Origin: an uncultured Alphaproteobacteria bacterium
Lineage (GTDB): Bacteria > Pseudomonadota > Alphaproteobacteria > UBA7879 > VGCX01
Direction of reading: 5' to 3'
NCBI GenBank assembly: GCA_913061155.1
Contig: CAJXSI010000004.1
Coordinates: 4 to 64,003, forward strand
DNA length: 64,000 nucleotides
The position numbers and the translations under genes were made by a program. Shown here one piece after another: positions 51,576-62,283 of this stretch (the first letter of the stretch is position 1; each line of letters opens with the position of its first letter). Under the pieces are notes generated by a model. It searched no databases, was not told the DNA's origin, and saw only the letters and a program-made list of their open reading frames with translations.

Positions 51576-52937
51576 CTAAGCTGAAAGAATGCGTTCAAGA
51601 ATATGGATGTCTTCATTAAGGTCTGGATCGGTTCCTTTAAGTTCTGTCACCTTTTTGCAGGCGTGCATCACAGTCGAATGATCCCGTCCACCAAATTCTT
51701 CGCCAATGGCGGCCCAAGATTTACTTGTAAAGTTTTTACACATATACATAGCCACCTGACGGGGGCGCGCAACAGCACGCAACCGCTTTGATGATTTCAT
51801 ATCACTGATCCGGATATTAAAATGTTCTGCCACTTGGCGTTGGATTTCATCAACGGTTAATAAACGTTCATTTGCCCTTAAAAGATCTTTTAAGGCCTCG
51901 CGCGTTCCCTCCAAAGTGATCGGCCCACCAATCAACATGGATCTGGCCCGAATTTTGTTCAAAGCCCCTTCAAGTTCACGAACGTTTGATGTAATTTTAT
52001 GAGCCAAGAATTCTATGACATCTTGGGGGATTTTAACATCAAGGTTTTCGGCCTTTGCCTGTAAAATTCCCAAACGCAATTCATACGTTGTTGGATGTAT
52101 ATCAACCACAAGGCCCCACCCAAAACGGGAACGCATCCGTTCTTCGATACCGGTTAAGTCAGACGGGGATTGATCGGCGGAAAGAATAATCTGTTTCTTT
52201 TGATCAATCAGGGCGTTAAAGGTATGGAAAAATTCTTCTTGGGTAGAGTTCTTTCCACTCATAAACTGGATATCGTCCACCATTAAAACATCTACATTGC
52301 GGAACATATCCCTGAAATCAATCATTGTTTTGTGACGAAGGGATCGAATGTAATAATCCATAAATTGTTCGGCAGAAAGATAGATAACTTTTCTTTTGGG
52401 GTGCATATTATGCAAATGCCACGCAATTGAATGCATTAAGTGCGTTTTACCAAGCCCCACGCCTCCATATAAAAACAAAGGATTAAAGTTAACTGTATCC
52501 GATTCAGCCACGCGCAAGGCGGCGGCATAAGCAAGTTCATTAGGCTTTCCAACCACAAAATTATCAAAATTAAAGCGGGGATCAAGGCCATCCGTATTGC
52601 CAGATAAGGTATCTAAAGATAATTTAGATGATGCCTTTGGGGCATTTTCAAAGTTGTCTTGTCTTGCTTCTTCATTTTTTTCCACGACAATAATATCAAC
52701 GACTTTGACTTCTTCGTTGGCTTGGCCCCATAAATCGGTGATTCCTTCTAAGTATTTTGATTTGATCAAATCACGGATAAAGGCTGTGGGAACAGATAAA
52801 ATAACCTTTGCACCAGCATCTTCTTCGAATTTTAAAAAGCGTAACCAGCCTCTGTAAGCATGGTCCCCAAACACATCTTGAAGTTGTGCGGATATATGCG
52901 TCCAAAGCTGTTCTTTATTTTCTATTTCTATTTTCAT
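51576..52937 (-). CDS. dnaA: Chromosomal replication initiator
   Basis: FDNFVVGKPN, NPLFLYGGVGLGKTHL, RPRQVAMY and GGRDHSTV. Confidence 0.98.
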   Translation of the reverse strand: MKIEIENKEQLWTHISAQLQDVFGDHAYRGWLRFLKFEEDAGAKVILSVPTAFIRDLIKSKYLEGITDLWGQANEEVKVVDIIVVEKNEEARQDNFENAPKASSKLSLDTLSGNTDGLDPRFNFDNFVVGKPNELAYAAALRVAESDTVNFNPLFLYGGVGLGKTHLMHSIAWHLHNMHPKRKVIYLSAEQFMDYYIRSLRHKTMIDFRDMFRNVDVLMVDDIQFMSGKNSTQEEFFHTFNALIDQKKQIILSADQSPSDLTGIEERMRSRFGWGLVVDIHPTTYELRLGILQAKAENLDVKIPQDVIEFLAHKITSNVRELEGALNKIRARSMLIGGPITLEGTREALKDLLRANERLLTVDEIQRQVAEHFNIRISDMKSSKRLRAVARPRQVAMYMCKNFTSKSWAAIGEEFGGRDHSTVMHACKKVTELKGTDPDLNEDIHILERILSA

Positions 52938-53051
52938 ATCATGGGTTTTTTGAAGATTTAACTATGACAATCTAACCTATTTCTCTGGGGCACTCAACAC
53001 ATCTTATGATAAAAAAAATTGTATTCCGACAATAGATTGAAATCTATGGAT

Positions 53052-53927
53052 TTATTTTTTTCTTTTTCTGGTTTTATCAAACGCAACCAGATAGGCCGAG
53101 GCCGAAATAATCATCACACCGCCCAAGACTGTTGAAAATCCAGGAACTTCAGAGAAAAATAAGAGTCCGGCCAAAATATTCATGGGAAACCGGATGTATT
53201 TAAAAGAGGAAATAAAGGATGCCTCTGCATACGTATACGCCTGAATAAGACATAATTGGGATAGGGCAAAAAACACCCCTATTATACAAAGCGTCAGTAT
53301 TTCCGCATAATTTAGGGTTACCCAGTTAATAACCGTTGCAGGGATACTAAAAAGACTCATAAACAATAAAAGGTAAAACAAAGTTGTTCTGGATGAATCA
53401 TTTTTGGCCAGCCGTTTAATTGTCAGGGATGATGCTGAAAAAGCAAAAGCTGAGGCAAGCGGGAACAGTGTGTAAATGGTAAACAAATTACCATTCAAGT
53501 TTATAATAATTAATGCCCCAATAAAACCTGTAAACAAACACCATAAAACTGTTTTCTTAAAAGGTTCTTTGAAAATAAGCCATCCCCCCAATGCGGTGAA
53601 CAAAGCACTGGTCATGGAAAGCCCTGACGCTGTGGCGATCGGAATATGTCTTAAAGCAATCACCCACGTGATATTACCCAGCATTCCCATCAACCCCTTA
53701 AAGGCATGCCATTGAATAATGTTTGTCTTGTAAAGCTTGTTCAAGGTTCGAATATTCAAAAACACCAAGATAAACAAACCCACAATGCTTTTGAAAAAAA
53801 CAACCTGCATAGTGTTTATATCTTTAGGCAACCCATGTGTTATTGAATTATTCAAAGCTGTTAAGGCTGAGACCAAAACAATCATCAGCGCGCCATATAT
53901 ATTTGGCTTAGACTGTGGGTGTTTCAT
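53052..53927 (-). CDS. DMT/EamA-family transporter
   Basis: Ten hydrophobic segments in two EamA repeats. The ATG at 53927 is preferred because it gives a 20-bp overlap with potI. Confidence 0.85.
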   Translation of the reverse strand: MKHPQSKPNIYGALMIVLVSALTALNNSITHGLPKDINTMQVVFFKSIVGLFILVFLNIRTLNKLYKTNIIQWHAFKGLMGMLGNITWVIALRHIPIATASGLSMTSALFTALGGWLIFKEPFKKTVLWCLFTGFIGALIIINLNGNLFTIYTLFPLASAFAFSASSLTIKRLAKNDSSRTTLFYLLLFMSLFSIPATVINWVTLNYAEILTLCIIGVFFALSQLCLIQAYTYAEASFISSFKYIRFPMNILAGLLFFSEVPGFSTVLGGVMIISASAYLVAFDKTRKRKK

Positions 53928-54741
53928 CTGGATCTTCGGGATTAATAAGGATTTTACGTTGCCGGTCATTTAAAATGGAAACCCCAACGATAATAATGGC
54001 CACAAAAGAAATCATCAAAGTTGCCAACGCATTCACCTGTGGTGTTAATCCAAATCGAATGCTGGAAAAAATAACCATGGGCAGGGTTGACGAATCAGGA
54101 CCTGAAACAAAACTGGCCACAACAACATCATCAAAAGAAAGAATAAAAGATAACAACCAACCCGACAGCAAGGACGGATAAATCAACGGCAATGTAATCA
54201 CGAAAAAGGCCTTGGCTGGATGCGCGCCTAAATCTTGGGCGGCCTCAAGCAGCATAGGATCCACATTGGAAAGCCTTGTTGTTACAACAGCCGTCACATA
54301 GGCAATTGAAATGGTTGCATGGGCAATTGTAATGGTATCAACCCCCCCTTTTGGCCAGCCGATTAATTTTTCCAAATTTACAAATACCAATAACAAAGCC
54401 AGTCCAATAATAACTTCGGGGATTAACATGGGCGCTGCCACAAGAGTTTTAAAGAAAGTCATGGATTTGAAACGGTTAAATTTAACAATGACAACAGATG
54501 CCAATGTGCCAATAATAATTGCAATAGAGGCAGAGAAAGTGGCGACTTTTAAACTAACCCAGGCCGCTGATAGCAAGGCTTCGTTTTCAAACAAGGCCAC
54601 ATACCATTTTGTTGAAAATCCCCCCCACAAAGTAACTTGCTTTGATGCATTAAAAGAATACACAACAAGGGTTACTAAAGGAATATACAAAAAGGCATAC
54701 CCAAAAATCAAAACTGAATAAGTAAATTTATGCTTTTGCAT
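53908..54741 (-). CDS. potI: Polyamine ABC permease PotI/PotC
   Basis: FLYIPL...YSFN, PEVIIG, EAAQDLGA and SFDDVVV. Confidence 0.92.
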   Translation of the reverse strand: MQKHKFTYSVLIFGYAFLYIPLVTLVVYSFNASKQVTLWGGFSTKWYVALFENEALLSAAWVSLKVATFSASIAIIIGTLASVVIVKFNRFKSMTFFKTLVAAPMLIPEVIIGLALLLVFVNLEKLIGWPKGGVDTITIAHATISIAYVTAVVTTRLSNVDPMLLEAAQDLGAHPAKAFFVITLPLIYPSLLSGWLLSFILSFDDVVVASFVSGPDSSTLPMVIFSSIRFGLTPQVNALATLMISFVAIIIVGVSILNDRQRKILINPEDPDETPTV

Positions 54742-55634
54742 TATTTTAACGCCCTTTTTTGCAAAGCCACCACTGGCACAATAAACGCCAACAACATGAT
54801 AACCGCAATTGATGAAGCAACTGGCCAGTCACGGTTTGAAAAGAATTCAATCCAAATTAACTTTCCAAGCATCATGGTTTTATTGCCCCCTAAAAGTTCT
54901 GGAATAACAAATTCCCCCATGGCCGGAACAAAGACCAAAACACACCCAGATATAATACCCGTTTTTGTCAAAGGAAGGGTAACCCGTAAAAAGCTTTTAA
55001 TGGGACGCGCCCCTAAATCAGCAGCAGCTTCAAGTAATTGCGTGTCGAATTTTGCCAAAGCGGAAAATAAAGGTAAAATCATAAAGGGAAGATAGCAATA
55101 AACCATCCCCACCAATACACCAAAGTTGTTGTACAACATTGGTAATGGATCTGATATCAATCCAATCTTAATTAAGAAATTATTGATAAATCCTTTGGGA
55201 CTAAGGATCCCTATCCAGGCATAAACGCGTAATAAAAAAGACGTCCAAAAAGGTAAAATAACCAACATTAAAAAGTGGGTCTGACGACGTTCTTCCTGTT
55301 GGGCAATATAATAAGCCATGGGATACCCAAGGAACAAGCATATCAATGTTGCCCCGCCAGCTATGAAAATTGAATTAATCAGGCTGTATCTGTATATCGC
55401 ATCAGAAAAAAGCAAGGCATAATTTTCCAAGGATAAACGTAGTTGAATAACATGATCTTCAAGAACATCCAATATTGGGGCATAAGGCGGCATCCCCGCA
55501 TAAGGTTCAGAAAAACTGATTTTAAAGATATTCAAAAATGGCAGAAATATAAAAGAAAGCAGCCATAGCATGGGAATGGCAATAATCAGTCGTTGCCCCC
55601 ATTGCATCCAATCTATTTTGGTTTTTGAAAACAT
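54741..55634 (-). CDS. potH: Polyamine ABC permease PotH/PotB
   Basis: LPFWTSFLLRVYAW, YLPFMILP and NRDWPVAS. Confidence 0.92.
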   Translation of the reverse strand: MFSKTKIDWMQWGQRLIIAIPMLWLLSFIFLPFLNIFKISFSEPYAGMPPYAPILDVLEDHVIQLRLSLENYALLFSDAIYRYSLINSIFIAGGATLICLFLGYPMAYYIAQQEERRQTHFLMLVILPFWTSFLLRVYAWIGILSPKGFINNFLIKIGLISDPLPMLYNNFGVLVGMVYCYLPFMILPLFSALAKFDTQLLEAAADLGARPIKSFLRVTLPLTKTGIISGCVLVFVPAMGEFVIPELLGGNKTMMLGKLIWIEFFSNRDWPVASSIAVIMLLAFIVPVVALQKRALK

Positions 55635-55637
55635 TAC

Positions 55638-56786
55638 CTACCCAATTAAAGTCACAATATTATCAGGATCCCAAGAAATATATACTTCGTCTTCCCATGT
55701 GATTTCAGGGGACGACAGGCGCATCAAATTTGGTAACATTGCTTCCACAGTAATTTCGGTTTCATCAAGTTCAATTATATAAATGGAAACGTCCCCTAAA
55801 TATGCAATATCTTCAACAATGCCTTTTGCATAATTATACTGGCCAGAGGGTTTTTTCTTACTGATATGTATTTTTTCTGGACGAATCGCAATTGATACAT
55901 TGGCGCCGCAAGCAACACTGGCGGAATGGCTTATATAAATATCTGTTTTTATCTCATCAGGGCGAATAATTGTATGATTGGGGGCCTCTTCTAAAACAAC
56001 CCCTGTAAATATATTCATCGTTCCAATAAAATCAGCCACATAAACACTGTTGGGAAATTCATATATTTCATTTGGGGTGCCGACTTGGCGTATTTTACCC
56101 TCTTCCATAATGCCCATACGGGATGACATTGTCATGGCTTCTTCTTGGTCATGCGTTACCATGATAAAGGTTAAGCCCAGTTCTTCTTGAATATTTACAA
56201 GTTCAAACTGTGTATGTTCACGCAACTTACGATCCAATGCCGCCAAGGGTTCATCCAACAAAACAATCTTTGGCTTTTTAATCAAGCACCTGGCCAAAGC
56301 ACAGCGTTGGCGTTGCCCCCCAGAAAGTTGTTGGGGTTTCCGCTTGGCATATTTTTCCATTTGCACAAGGCTTAAAGATTTATGAACGCGGTCTTTTATT
56401 TCAGTTTTTGATACCCCTTCTTGGATCAAACCAAAGGCAACGTTTTGCTCTACTGTCATGTGGGGAAACAAGGCATAAGACTGAAACATCATATTAACCG
56501 GGCGTTCATGGGCCGGGACATGGGTCATATCAACCCCATCAATCAAAAGCTTTCCTTCATCCGGTGTCTCTAGCCCCGCCAAGATTCGAAGCAATGTTGT
56601 CTTACCGCACCCTGACGGACCCAACAATGAAAAGAATTCACCTTTATATATGTCCAAGGATATTTGATTAACGACAGCTGCCCCATCAAAATTTTTTGAA
56701 ATATTTTGAATTTCAACATATGGCTTAGCATCCGGTTTTTGCCAAGCTTCCAATTTCTTTAGATTTAACTTAGGGCGTTTTGCCAT
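55638..56786 (-). CDS. potG: Polyamine ABC ATPase PotG/PotA
   Basis: LLGPSGCGKTT, RPVNMMFQSYALFPH and LSGGQRQR. Confidence 0.92.
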   Translation of the reverse strand: MAKRPKLNLKKLEAWQKPDAKPYVEIQNISKNFDGAAVVNQISLDIYKGEFFSLLGPSGCGKTTLLRILAGLETPDEGKLLIDGVDMTHVPAHERPVNMMFQSYALFPHMTVEQNVAFGLIQEGVSKTEIKDRVHKSLSLVQMEKYAKRKPQQLSGGQRQRCALARCLIKKPKIVLLDEPLAALDRKLREHTQFELVNIQEELGLTFIMVTHDQEEAMTMSSRMGIMEEGKIRQVGTPNEIYEFPNSVYVADFIGTMNIFTGVVLEEAPNHTIIRPDEIKTDIYISHSASVACGANVSIAIRPEKIHISKKKPSGQYNYAKGIVEDIAYLGDVSIYIIELDETEITVEAMLPNLMRLSSPEITWEDEVYISWDPDNIVTLIG

Positions 56787-56828
56787 TTTTATCCTCTATA
56801 AGTTCTGCGCAATCAAATAGGTAATACG

Positions 56829-58148
56829 CTATTTAAGCGTTAATGGCAATGGCGGAGACCACGCCGGGTCCGAAGCCTCTTTCGGCGTCTTTAGAACCCT
56901 TTCATTTCGGCCAGTAATATCAATTACAACCAATTCTGCCTTTTCTTGCCTTCCATCATCAAAGGATTTTCCCTGACGCCAAAACATTATTGTGCGACCA
57001 TTCGGCGCCCATGTGGGACCTTCGACCATATACCCCGATGAAATAAGACGTTCATCTGACCCATCTGCTTTCATCACCCCGATATAAAACTTGCCCCCCT
57101 CCATCTTATTAAAGGCAATCAAATCCCCCCGTGGCGACCAAACTGGTGTCGCATAAATCCCACTTCCAAAGCTGATACGCTTAATTCTTTGACCATCTGC
57201 ATCCATTATATAAAGCTGTTTACGCCCACTGCGGTCAGAGTTAAAAGTAATTTTTGAACCATCCGGAGAATAACAGGGGGATGTATCAATAAAACGTCCC
57301 TTTGTTAAACGCCTAACGCGTTTGGTTTCCAGATTCATAAGATAAAGGGATGAACTGCCTTCAAATGCCTGACTTAGAATAACGCTTTTACCATCCGGAG
57401 AAAACCGCGGCGCATAAGTCAACCCAGGGAACTGACCAACCAATTTCTGTATACCTGTTTCTAAATCCAGTGTGAAGACTTTGGGAATCTTATTTTCATA
57501 AGTCATATATGTAATGGTTTGCATCGTAGGTGAAAATCTTGGTGTAATAACTGTATTTTCGCCATTTGTTAAAAATTTATGATTTGCACTGTCTTGGTCC
57601 ATAATGGCCAATCGGCGTTTCCGTTTCAGCTGACTGCCTGTTTCAGATACATAAACAATACGCGTATCAAAATATCCTTGTTCCCCCGTGATTCTTTTAT
57701 AAATGGCATCTGCCACCAAGTGGGCTGTCCGGCGCCAATATTTTTTATCTGTCTTAAAGGCAGAATGCGTCATGGCCTGCGATGAATAAACATCCCATAA
57801 ACGGAAACCCGTTGAAATTTTATTATCCTCCATCATTTTAATACGACCATTCACCAAGGCATTTGCCTTTATTAAGCGCCAGTCTGAAAAGCGCGGTGTC
57901 ATGTCGAAATCAACCGATTGCTGCACAAAACTGGATTTTGAAATAATGTCGAATAACCCCGTACTTTTTAAATCATTTTTAATGATCTGGGTCATTTGGC
58001 GCGCAATCTTTTTTTCTTCAGCTGTTTTGCCTTCAAATTCAATAATGGCAATGGGCAAAGGTTTTGCATGTCCTTGGTTAACCTTAAGGTTTAAGTCAGC
58101 TTTTCCGTCAAAGCAAATCAGGCATAACAAGATAAGTAACTGTTTCAC
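56829..58148 (-). CDS. tolB: Tol-Pal beta-propeller protein
   Basis: [25 protein letters not shown] and PD40 repeats (PRFSPDG, PVWSPRG). Confidence 0.96.
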   Translation of the reverse strand: MKQLLILLCLICFDGKADLNLKVNQGHAKPLPIAIIEFEGKTAEEKKIARQMTQIIKNDLKSTGLFDIISKSSFVQQSVDFDMTPRFSDWRLIKANALVNGRIKMMEDNKISTGFRLWDVYSSQAMTHSAFKTDKKYWRRTAHLVADAIYKRITGEQGYFDTRIVYVSETGSQLKRKRRLAIMDQDSANHKFLTNGENTVITPRFSPTMQTITYMTYENKIPKVFTLDLETGIQKLVGQFPGLTYAPRFSPDGKSVILSQAFEGSSSLYLMNLETKRVRRLTKGRFIDTSPCYSPDGSKITFNSDRSGRKQLYIMDADGQRIKRISFGSGIYATPVWSPRGDLIAFNKMEGGKFYIGVMKADGSDERLISSGYMVEGPTWAPNGRTIMFWRQGKSFDDGRQEKAELVVIDITGRNERVLKTPKEASDPAWSPPLPLTLK

Positions 58149-58978
58149 TATAGAATCTCCTTTGGATTAAACGTGATGGTAAAATTCTTCCATTCTTCGT
58201 ATTTGCCTGTTGGTAATTTTAAGGGCGTACAGTCTGGGGCATACATCGCCCGCCTTGCACTTTCAGCCACTGTTCTAAAGAAACTATCACTCAGCATCAA
58301 GGCTTTGTTTTTTATACGCGCCTCCTCTACTGTTGAATCTTCGTTCATAATAACATCAATTTCCACGATCATATCTTCAAGGTTACGCGCCCCGGCTGGT
58401 ATATTCCAACACTTTTGAATTTGTTGTCTTAATGCATCCAGCTCTGAAATCGTTAATTTGTCAGAAATATGATCTGATTTAAAGGCTTTTTCCTGACCTT
58501 CATCCGGTTGTTCTTTCCTTAATTCTTGGACAGCCCGTAAGACAGAAGTAAAATCATCATTCTTTTCTTTTTTATTTTTTTCTTCGTTAATTTCTTGGTT
58601 GTTTTCCTTTGGCTTTAAATCCGATTCTTGTTTTTGTTCTGTCTTTACTGGTTTCTTTTTTGCTTTAATTGGCTTTAACGCCACTTTTTCAATAACGTTT
58701 TTTGTAACATTTTTAACCTCTTGCTTAAGGGCCGGGGTTGGTATTTGTTCTTTCCGGGTTCTGGTATGAACAATTTTCTTTGTGCGGGCCGCCTTTGGCA
58801 GCTGTCGCTGCTTTTTCAAGGGCGACTGCGTTAACTGATCAATTGTTACAATTTCTATGGGGACTATGGGCGGCGGTGTTAAGGACATCGATCGCATAAA
58901 AGGTAGGTTCACGAAAAATAACACAACCACTAATAAATGAAGCACTGCAGAGAATATATAGGCCCGTGAATCCTTCAT
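58148..58978 (-). CDS. tolA: TolA/TonB-like cell-envelope integrity protein
   Basis: N-terminal SAVLH anchor, K/E/Q-rich linker, and [11 protein letters not shown]...ESARRA C-terminal domain. Confidence 0.88.
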   Translation of the reverse strand: MKDSRAYIFSAVLHLLVVVLFFVNLPFMRSMSLTPPPIVPIEIVTIDQLTQSPLKKQRQLPKAARTKKIVHTRTRKEQIPTPALKQEVKNVTKNVIEKVALKPIKAKKKPVKTEQKQESDLKPKENNQEINEEKNKKEKNDDFTSVLRAVQELRKEQPDEGQEKAFKSDHISDKLTISELDALRQQIQKCWNIPAGARNLEDMIVEIDVIMNEDSTVEEARIKNKALMLSDSFFRTVAESARRAMYAPDCTPLKLPTGKYEEWKNFTITFNPKEIL

Positions 58979-58999
58979 CTGAAATGATTACCTTTTGTC

Positions 59000-59138
59000 G
59001 GACTGTTGTAAGATACGCTTTTTGAACGACTTTTGCAGAAAAGATTATTTCTGATGCGCACGCACGCCAGGCACGCTGCGTTTCTTAATTTCACTTTTCC
59101 TAAAGCACTCCTTAAAAACATCATCGTGCATCAAGTCC
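59000..59138 (+). repeat. About 139-bp RPE-1-like MITE, copy 2, between tolR and tolA, overlapping the tolR stop
   Basis: It starts GGACTGTTG and ends CAAGTCC, and aligns with the reverse complement of 19649-19791 (GAAAA.ATTATTTCTGATG, ACGCCAGG.ACGCTGCG, CTTTTCCTAAA). Confidence 0.75.
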
Positions 59139-59571
59139 TTTTATTGTGTCCTGGCATATTGGCCACCAAAGCAACCTTGGAATAACCTGCCTGGTTAATG
59201 CGTCCCATAATCTTCATAATATCGCCATAGTTTAATTTATGGTCACCCCGAATATAAATACGTGCTTGCTTGTTGCGTTTTGTGACCGCGATCAGTCTTG
59301 GGATAAAAGTTTTATCACTGACTTTTGTTTCTTGAACATAAACATCCCCATTGGCCTTAATCGTAATGATCATTGGTTCCAATTTATCGTCCAAGGCGGC
59401 GGCCTTTGTTTCTGGTAAATCAACTGGCACCCCAACATTTAATAAAGGGGCCGTTACCATAAAAACAATCAGCAATACCAACATCACGTCCACAAAGGGA
59501 GTAACGTTGATTTCACTTATGGGTTCATAACTCCGTTTAAACTTTTTGCGCGGTCGAAGACTTGCCCCCAT
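59131..59571 (-). CDS. tolR: TolR
   Basis: SEINVTPFVDVMLVLLIVFMVTAP and IRGD..LNYG. Confidence 0.96.
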   Translation of the reverse strand: MGASLRPRKKFKRSYEPISEINVTPFVDVMLVLLIVFMVTAPLLNVGVPVDLPETKAAALDDKLEPMIITIKANGDVYVQETKVSDKTFIPRLIAVTKRNKQARIYIRGDHKLNYGDIMKIMGRINQAGYSKVALVANMPGHNKRT

Positions 59572-60296
59572 TATTTACCTCCGTGTAATTTTCTGGACAT
59601 AATGGTGCTGATATCCCCCGCCAAATTTTCCAAACGCATGGCGTAACGGGTAATTCGTGCTGAAATTTTGTTATAGGCAATGACTGCCGGAATGGCGGCA
59701 ACCAATCCCAGGGCGGTGGCAAATAAAGCTTCGGCAATGCCTGGTGCCACAACGGCTAAGCTTGTGTTATTTGACGCTGCAATAGACTGGAAACTGTGCA
59801 TAATCCCCCAAACTGTCCCCAGCAAACCAACGAAGGGCGCAGACGACCCAACTGTTGCCAAAAATCCTGTGTGACGTTCAATGTCTGCCAATTCTTGGCG
59901 CAACGAAGAATCCATCACCTGTTCCACGCGTTGCAGTAAGCCAGCCTTCATCCCCTCTGCAATAGAAGATTTTGAAGCAACTTCCCCCCACTCGTGCATG
60001 GCACCCAAAAATAATCGAGACATAGGATCCGCAGGACTGGTTCCCTTTGCGATTTCATCCAATGGCTGGCCCGACCAAAAGCTTTTTTCAAAAGAATCGG
60101 CCAATTTATTTAAGGTATTTAATTCACGGTACTTGCCAAAAATAACTGTCCAGCACCAAAAAGAGGCCGCCAACAATAACAACATAATCAACTGAACAAA
60201 AATATCAGCATGAATAAACAAGCCCCACAATGAAATATCACGGGATGCGATATCTACGGTGTTTGCTACGACTTGACCTGAACTTGTGTCTACCAT
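59571..60296 (-). CDS. tolQ: TolQ
   Basis: LATVGSSAPFVGLLGTVWGIM and GIAEALFATALGLVAAIPA. Confidence 0.96.
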   Translation of the reverse strand: MVDTSSGQVVANTVDIASRDISLWGLFIHADIFVQLIMLLLLAASFWCWTVIFGKYRELNTLNKLADSFEKSFWSGQPLDEIAKGTSPADPMSRLFLGAMHEWGEVASKSSIAEGMKAGLLQRVEQVMDSSLRQELADIERHTGFLATVGSSAPFVGLLGTVWGIMHSFQSIAASNNTSLAVVAPGIAEALFATALGLVAAIPAVIAYNKISARITRYAMRLENLAGDISTIMSRKLHGGK

Positions 60297-60481
60297 CTAA
60301 ATGCCTCTTAATTAATTATTAAAATTAATAAGATCGTAGCATATTAACAAATATGATTCATTTACTTTTTCAGTTTCTTCACGAGTTATTTTTAAGACAA
60401 GAACAAGGGGCCCGAACTTCCCAGAATCAAAAGGGACTGGGAAAACTAGGCTAATAAAATAGGAAAATTTCTAGAGGCCAG

Positions 60482-60970
60482 TTAATTGTCGTAAACACCC
60501 CAAATATGGGCCTTTTCAATCCATCCCTTAACGGAAGGGGCTGATTTAATATGAATATGACACCAGGAATTTTTGCATTTCAAAAGCTCTGCCACCGTAC
60601 CATTTTGAAGGGTTGCTATTGTCCTGGCATTTTTATTCCCTTCTTTTTTCAAAGGAAGTTTATTTTTCAAAGTAATAATATACCGACGTCCACTAAGTAA
60701 AGATCGATGGAACCATCCCTGCGTTCCTTCGGAATCGCGGATCTTACGCCAATCTCCAAATTCTGCGATAATTTCAACTGGCAATCGGGCGCGTTGATAT
60801 GTCCACTCTGCGGGAAAGTGGTGACCAGGTCCCACGCGTAAATTCGATTCTGCAGATCTTAAGGATACAAATCTGGGGATGGGAAGCCCTGCCGCGTTTG
60901 ACGTTGCGTATGTTTCGATCGCCCCTGAAAAGATTAGCAAGGTGATGAAATATATGAATTTTTTTACCAT
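60482..60970 (-). CDS. SH3-domain (SH3_4) exported protein
   Basis: GLPIPRFVSL, NLRVGPG, WRKIRDSEGTQGW and a second SH3 domain ending GWI...IWG. Confidence 0.88.
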   Translation of the reverse strand: MVKKFIYFITLLIFSGAIETYATSNAAGLPIPRFVSLRSAESNLRVGPGHHFPAEWTYQRARLPVEIIAEFGDWRKIRDSEGTQGWFHRSLLSGRRYIITLKNKLPLKKEGNKNARTIATLQNGTVAELLKCKNSWCHIHIKSAPSVKGWIEKAHIWGVYDN

Positions 60971-61175
60971 GATTCTATTCTAATGATTTCTTTGAAATTG
61001 TCACGCGAAAGATCTTAGAGCCTAAATAATTCCTGTCCTAAACCAACAGAAAACAGTGACACGAAAGATTTAAAATCCAGACCAAAACCCACCAATTCAA
61101 CGCACCTAATTCAGGTTATGATTGCCCCCCGTATTATACACGGGGTGAAAAAGGAAGGGCCTGCGTGATTTAGTG

Positions 61176-62279
61176 TTACACATTAAAACGGAAGTGGAAA
61201 ATATCGCCGTCTTTTGTAATATATTCCTTACCTTCCAGGCGTAATTTTCCAGTTTCTTTTGCCCCAGATTCACCATGACACGCAATGTAATCATCATACG
61301 CAATGGTTTCCGCCACGATAAATCCCCGTTCGAAATCAGTATGAATTTTACCGGCGGCTTGCGGTGCCGTAGAGGCAACCTCGGTTGTCCAGGCGCGGGC
61401 CTCTTTTGGGCCAACGGTAAAGAATGTCAAAAGATCCAACATATTATACCCAGCTGAAATAATTTGGGCCAGACCCGTTTGCTTTAAACCAATGTCGGAT
61501 AAAAATTCTGATTTTTCTTCTTCGGATTCAAGTGTGGAAATTTCAGCCTCAATCGCTGCAGAGATAACAACATGACCTGCATTTTCAGCCAAGGCCATAG
61601 TTTTTACTTTTTCTGTGTATTGATTGCCTGTTGCGGCATCGTCTTCGCCAACATTGCATACATACAAAAGCGGTTTGGATGTTAAAAGTTGAAGTTGGGC
61701 ATAAGCTTTTGTTTCTTCTTCATTCGCCGGGACATAGGCACGTGCGGGTTTTCCATCTTGCAAAAGGGGTAAAATTTTATTGACAAGGTTTAATAAAATC
61801 GTGGCATCGGCCTCTTTCCCTTTTGCACGTTTTTGAAGGTTATGCACGCGCTTTTCAAGACTTTCTAAGTCCGCCAACAAAAGCTCTGTATCAATAATCT
61901 CCTTGTCACGAATGGGATCAACAGTGCCTTCAACGTGGGTAATATCTGAACTATCAAAACAACGCAAGACATGGACAATCGCATCAACGCTGCGAATATG
62001 GCCCAAGAACTGGTTTCCAAGACCTTCGCCTTTGCTGGCGCCTTTAACAAGGCCGGCGATGTCAACAAATTCAAGAAAGGTTGGAATGATTTTTTGGGAA
62101 TTGGCAATGGCGGCAATTTTATTCAAACGTTCGTCAGGAACAGAAACGCGCCCAACATTGGGTTCAATGGTACAAAAGGGATAGTTCGCAGATTCAGCCG
62201 CCGCCGTTGACGTCAGTGCATTAAACAAGGTTGATTTACCAACGTTTGGTAATCCGACAATACCGCAATTAAAACCCAT
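61176..62279 (-). CDS. ychF: Ribosome-binding ATPase YchF
   Basis: GIVGLPNVGKST, NYPFCTIEPN, DIAGLV and DGDIFHFRFNV. Confidence 0.98.
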   Translation of the reverse strand: MGFNCGIVGLPNVGKSTLFNALTSTAAAESANYPFCTIEPNVGRVSVPDERLNKIAAIANSQKIIPTFLEFVDIAGLVKGASKGEGLGNQFLGHIRSVDAIVHVLRCFDSSDITHVEGTVDPIRDKEIIDTELLLADLESLEKRVHNLQKRAKGKEADATILLNLVNKILPLLQDGKPARAYVPANEEETKAYAQLQLLTSKPLLYVCNVGEDDAATGNQYTEKVKTMALAENAGHVVISAAIEAEISTLESEEEKSEFLSDIGLKQTGLAQIISAGYNMLDLLTFFTVGPKEARAWTTEVASTAPQAAGKIHTDFERGFIVAETIAYDDYIACHGESGAKETGKLRLEGKEYITKDGDIFHFRFNV

Positions 62280-62283
62280 GATG

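Noticed and set aside
52938-53051. oriC beside dnaA
   Set aside because: No TTATCCACA-like DnaA boxes were seen, and alphaproteobacterial origins are usually elsewhere.
60308-60322. CtrA box (TTAA-N7-TTAA) upstream of tolQ
   Set aside because: The match is real but lies in a very AT-rich tract where chance matches are likely; there is no further support.
61112-61150. Additional REP copy downstream of ychF (CCCCGTATTATACACGGGG)
   Set aside because: It shares TATACACGGGG with an array variant but lacks the tag and CCA; more simply a terminator-like hairpin.
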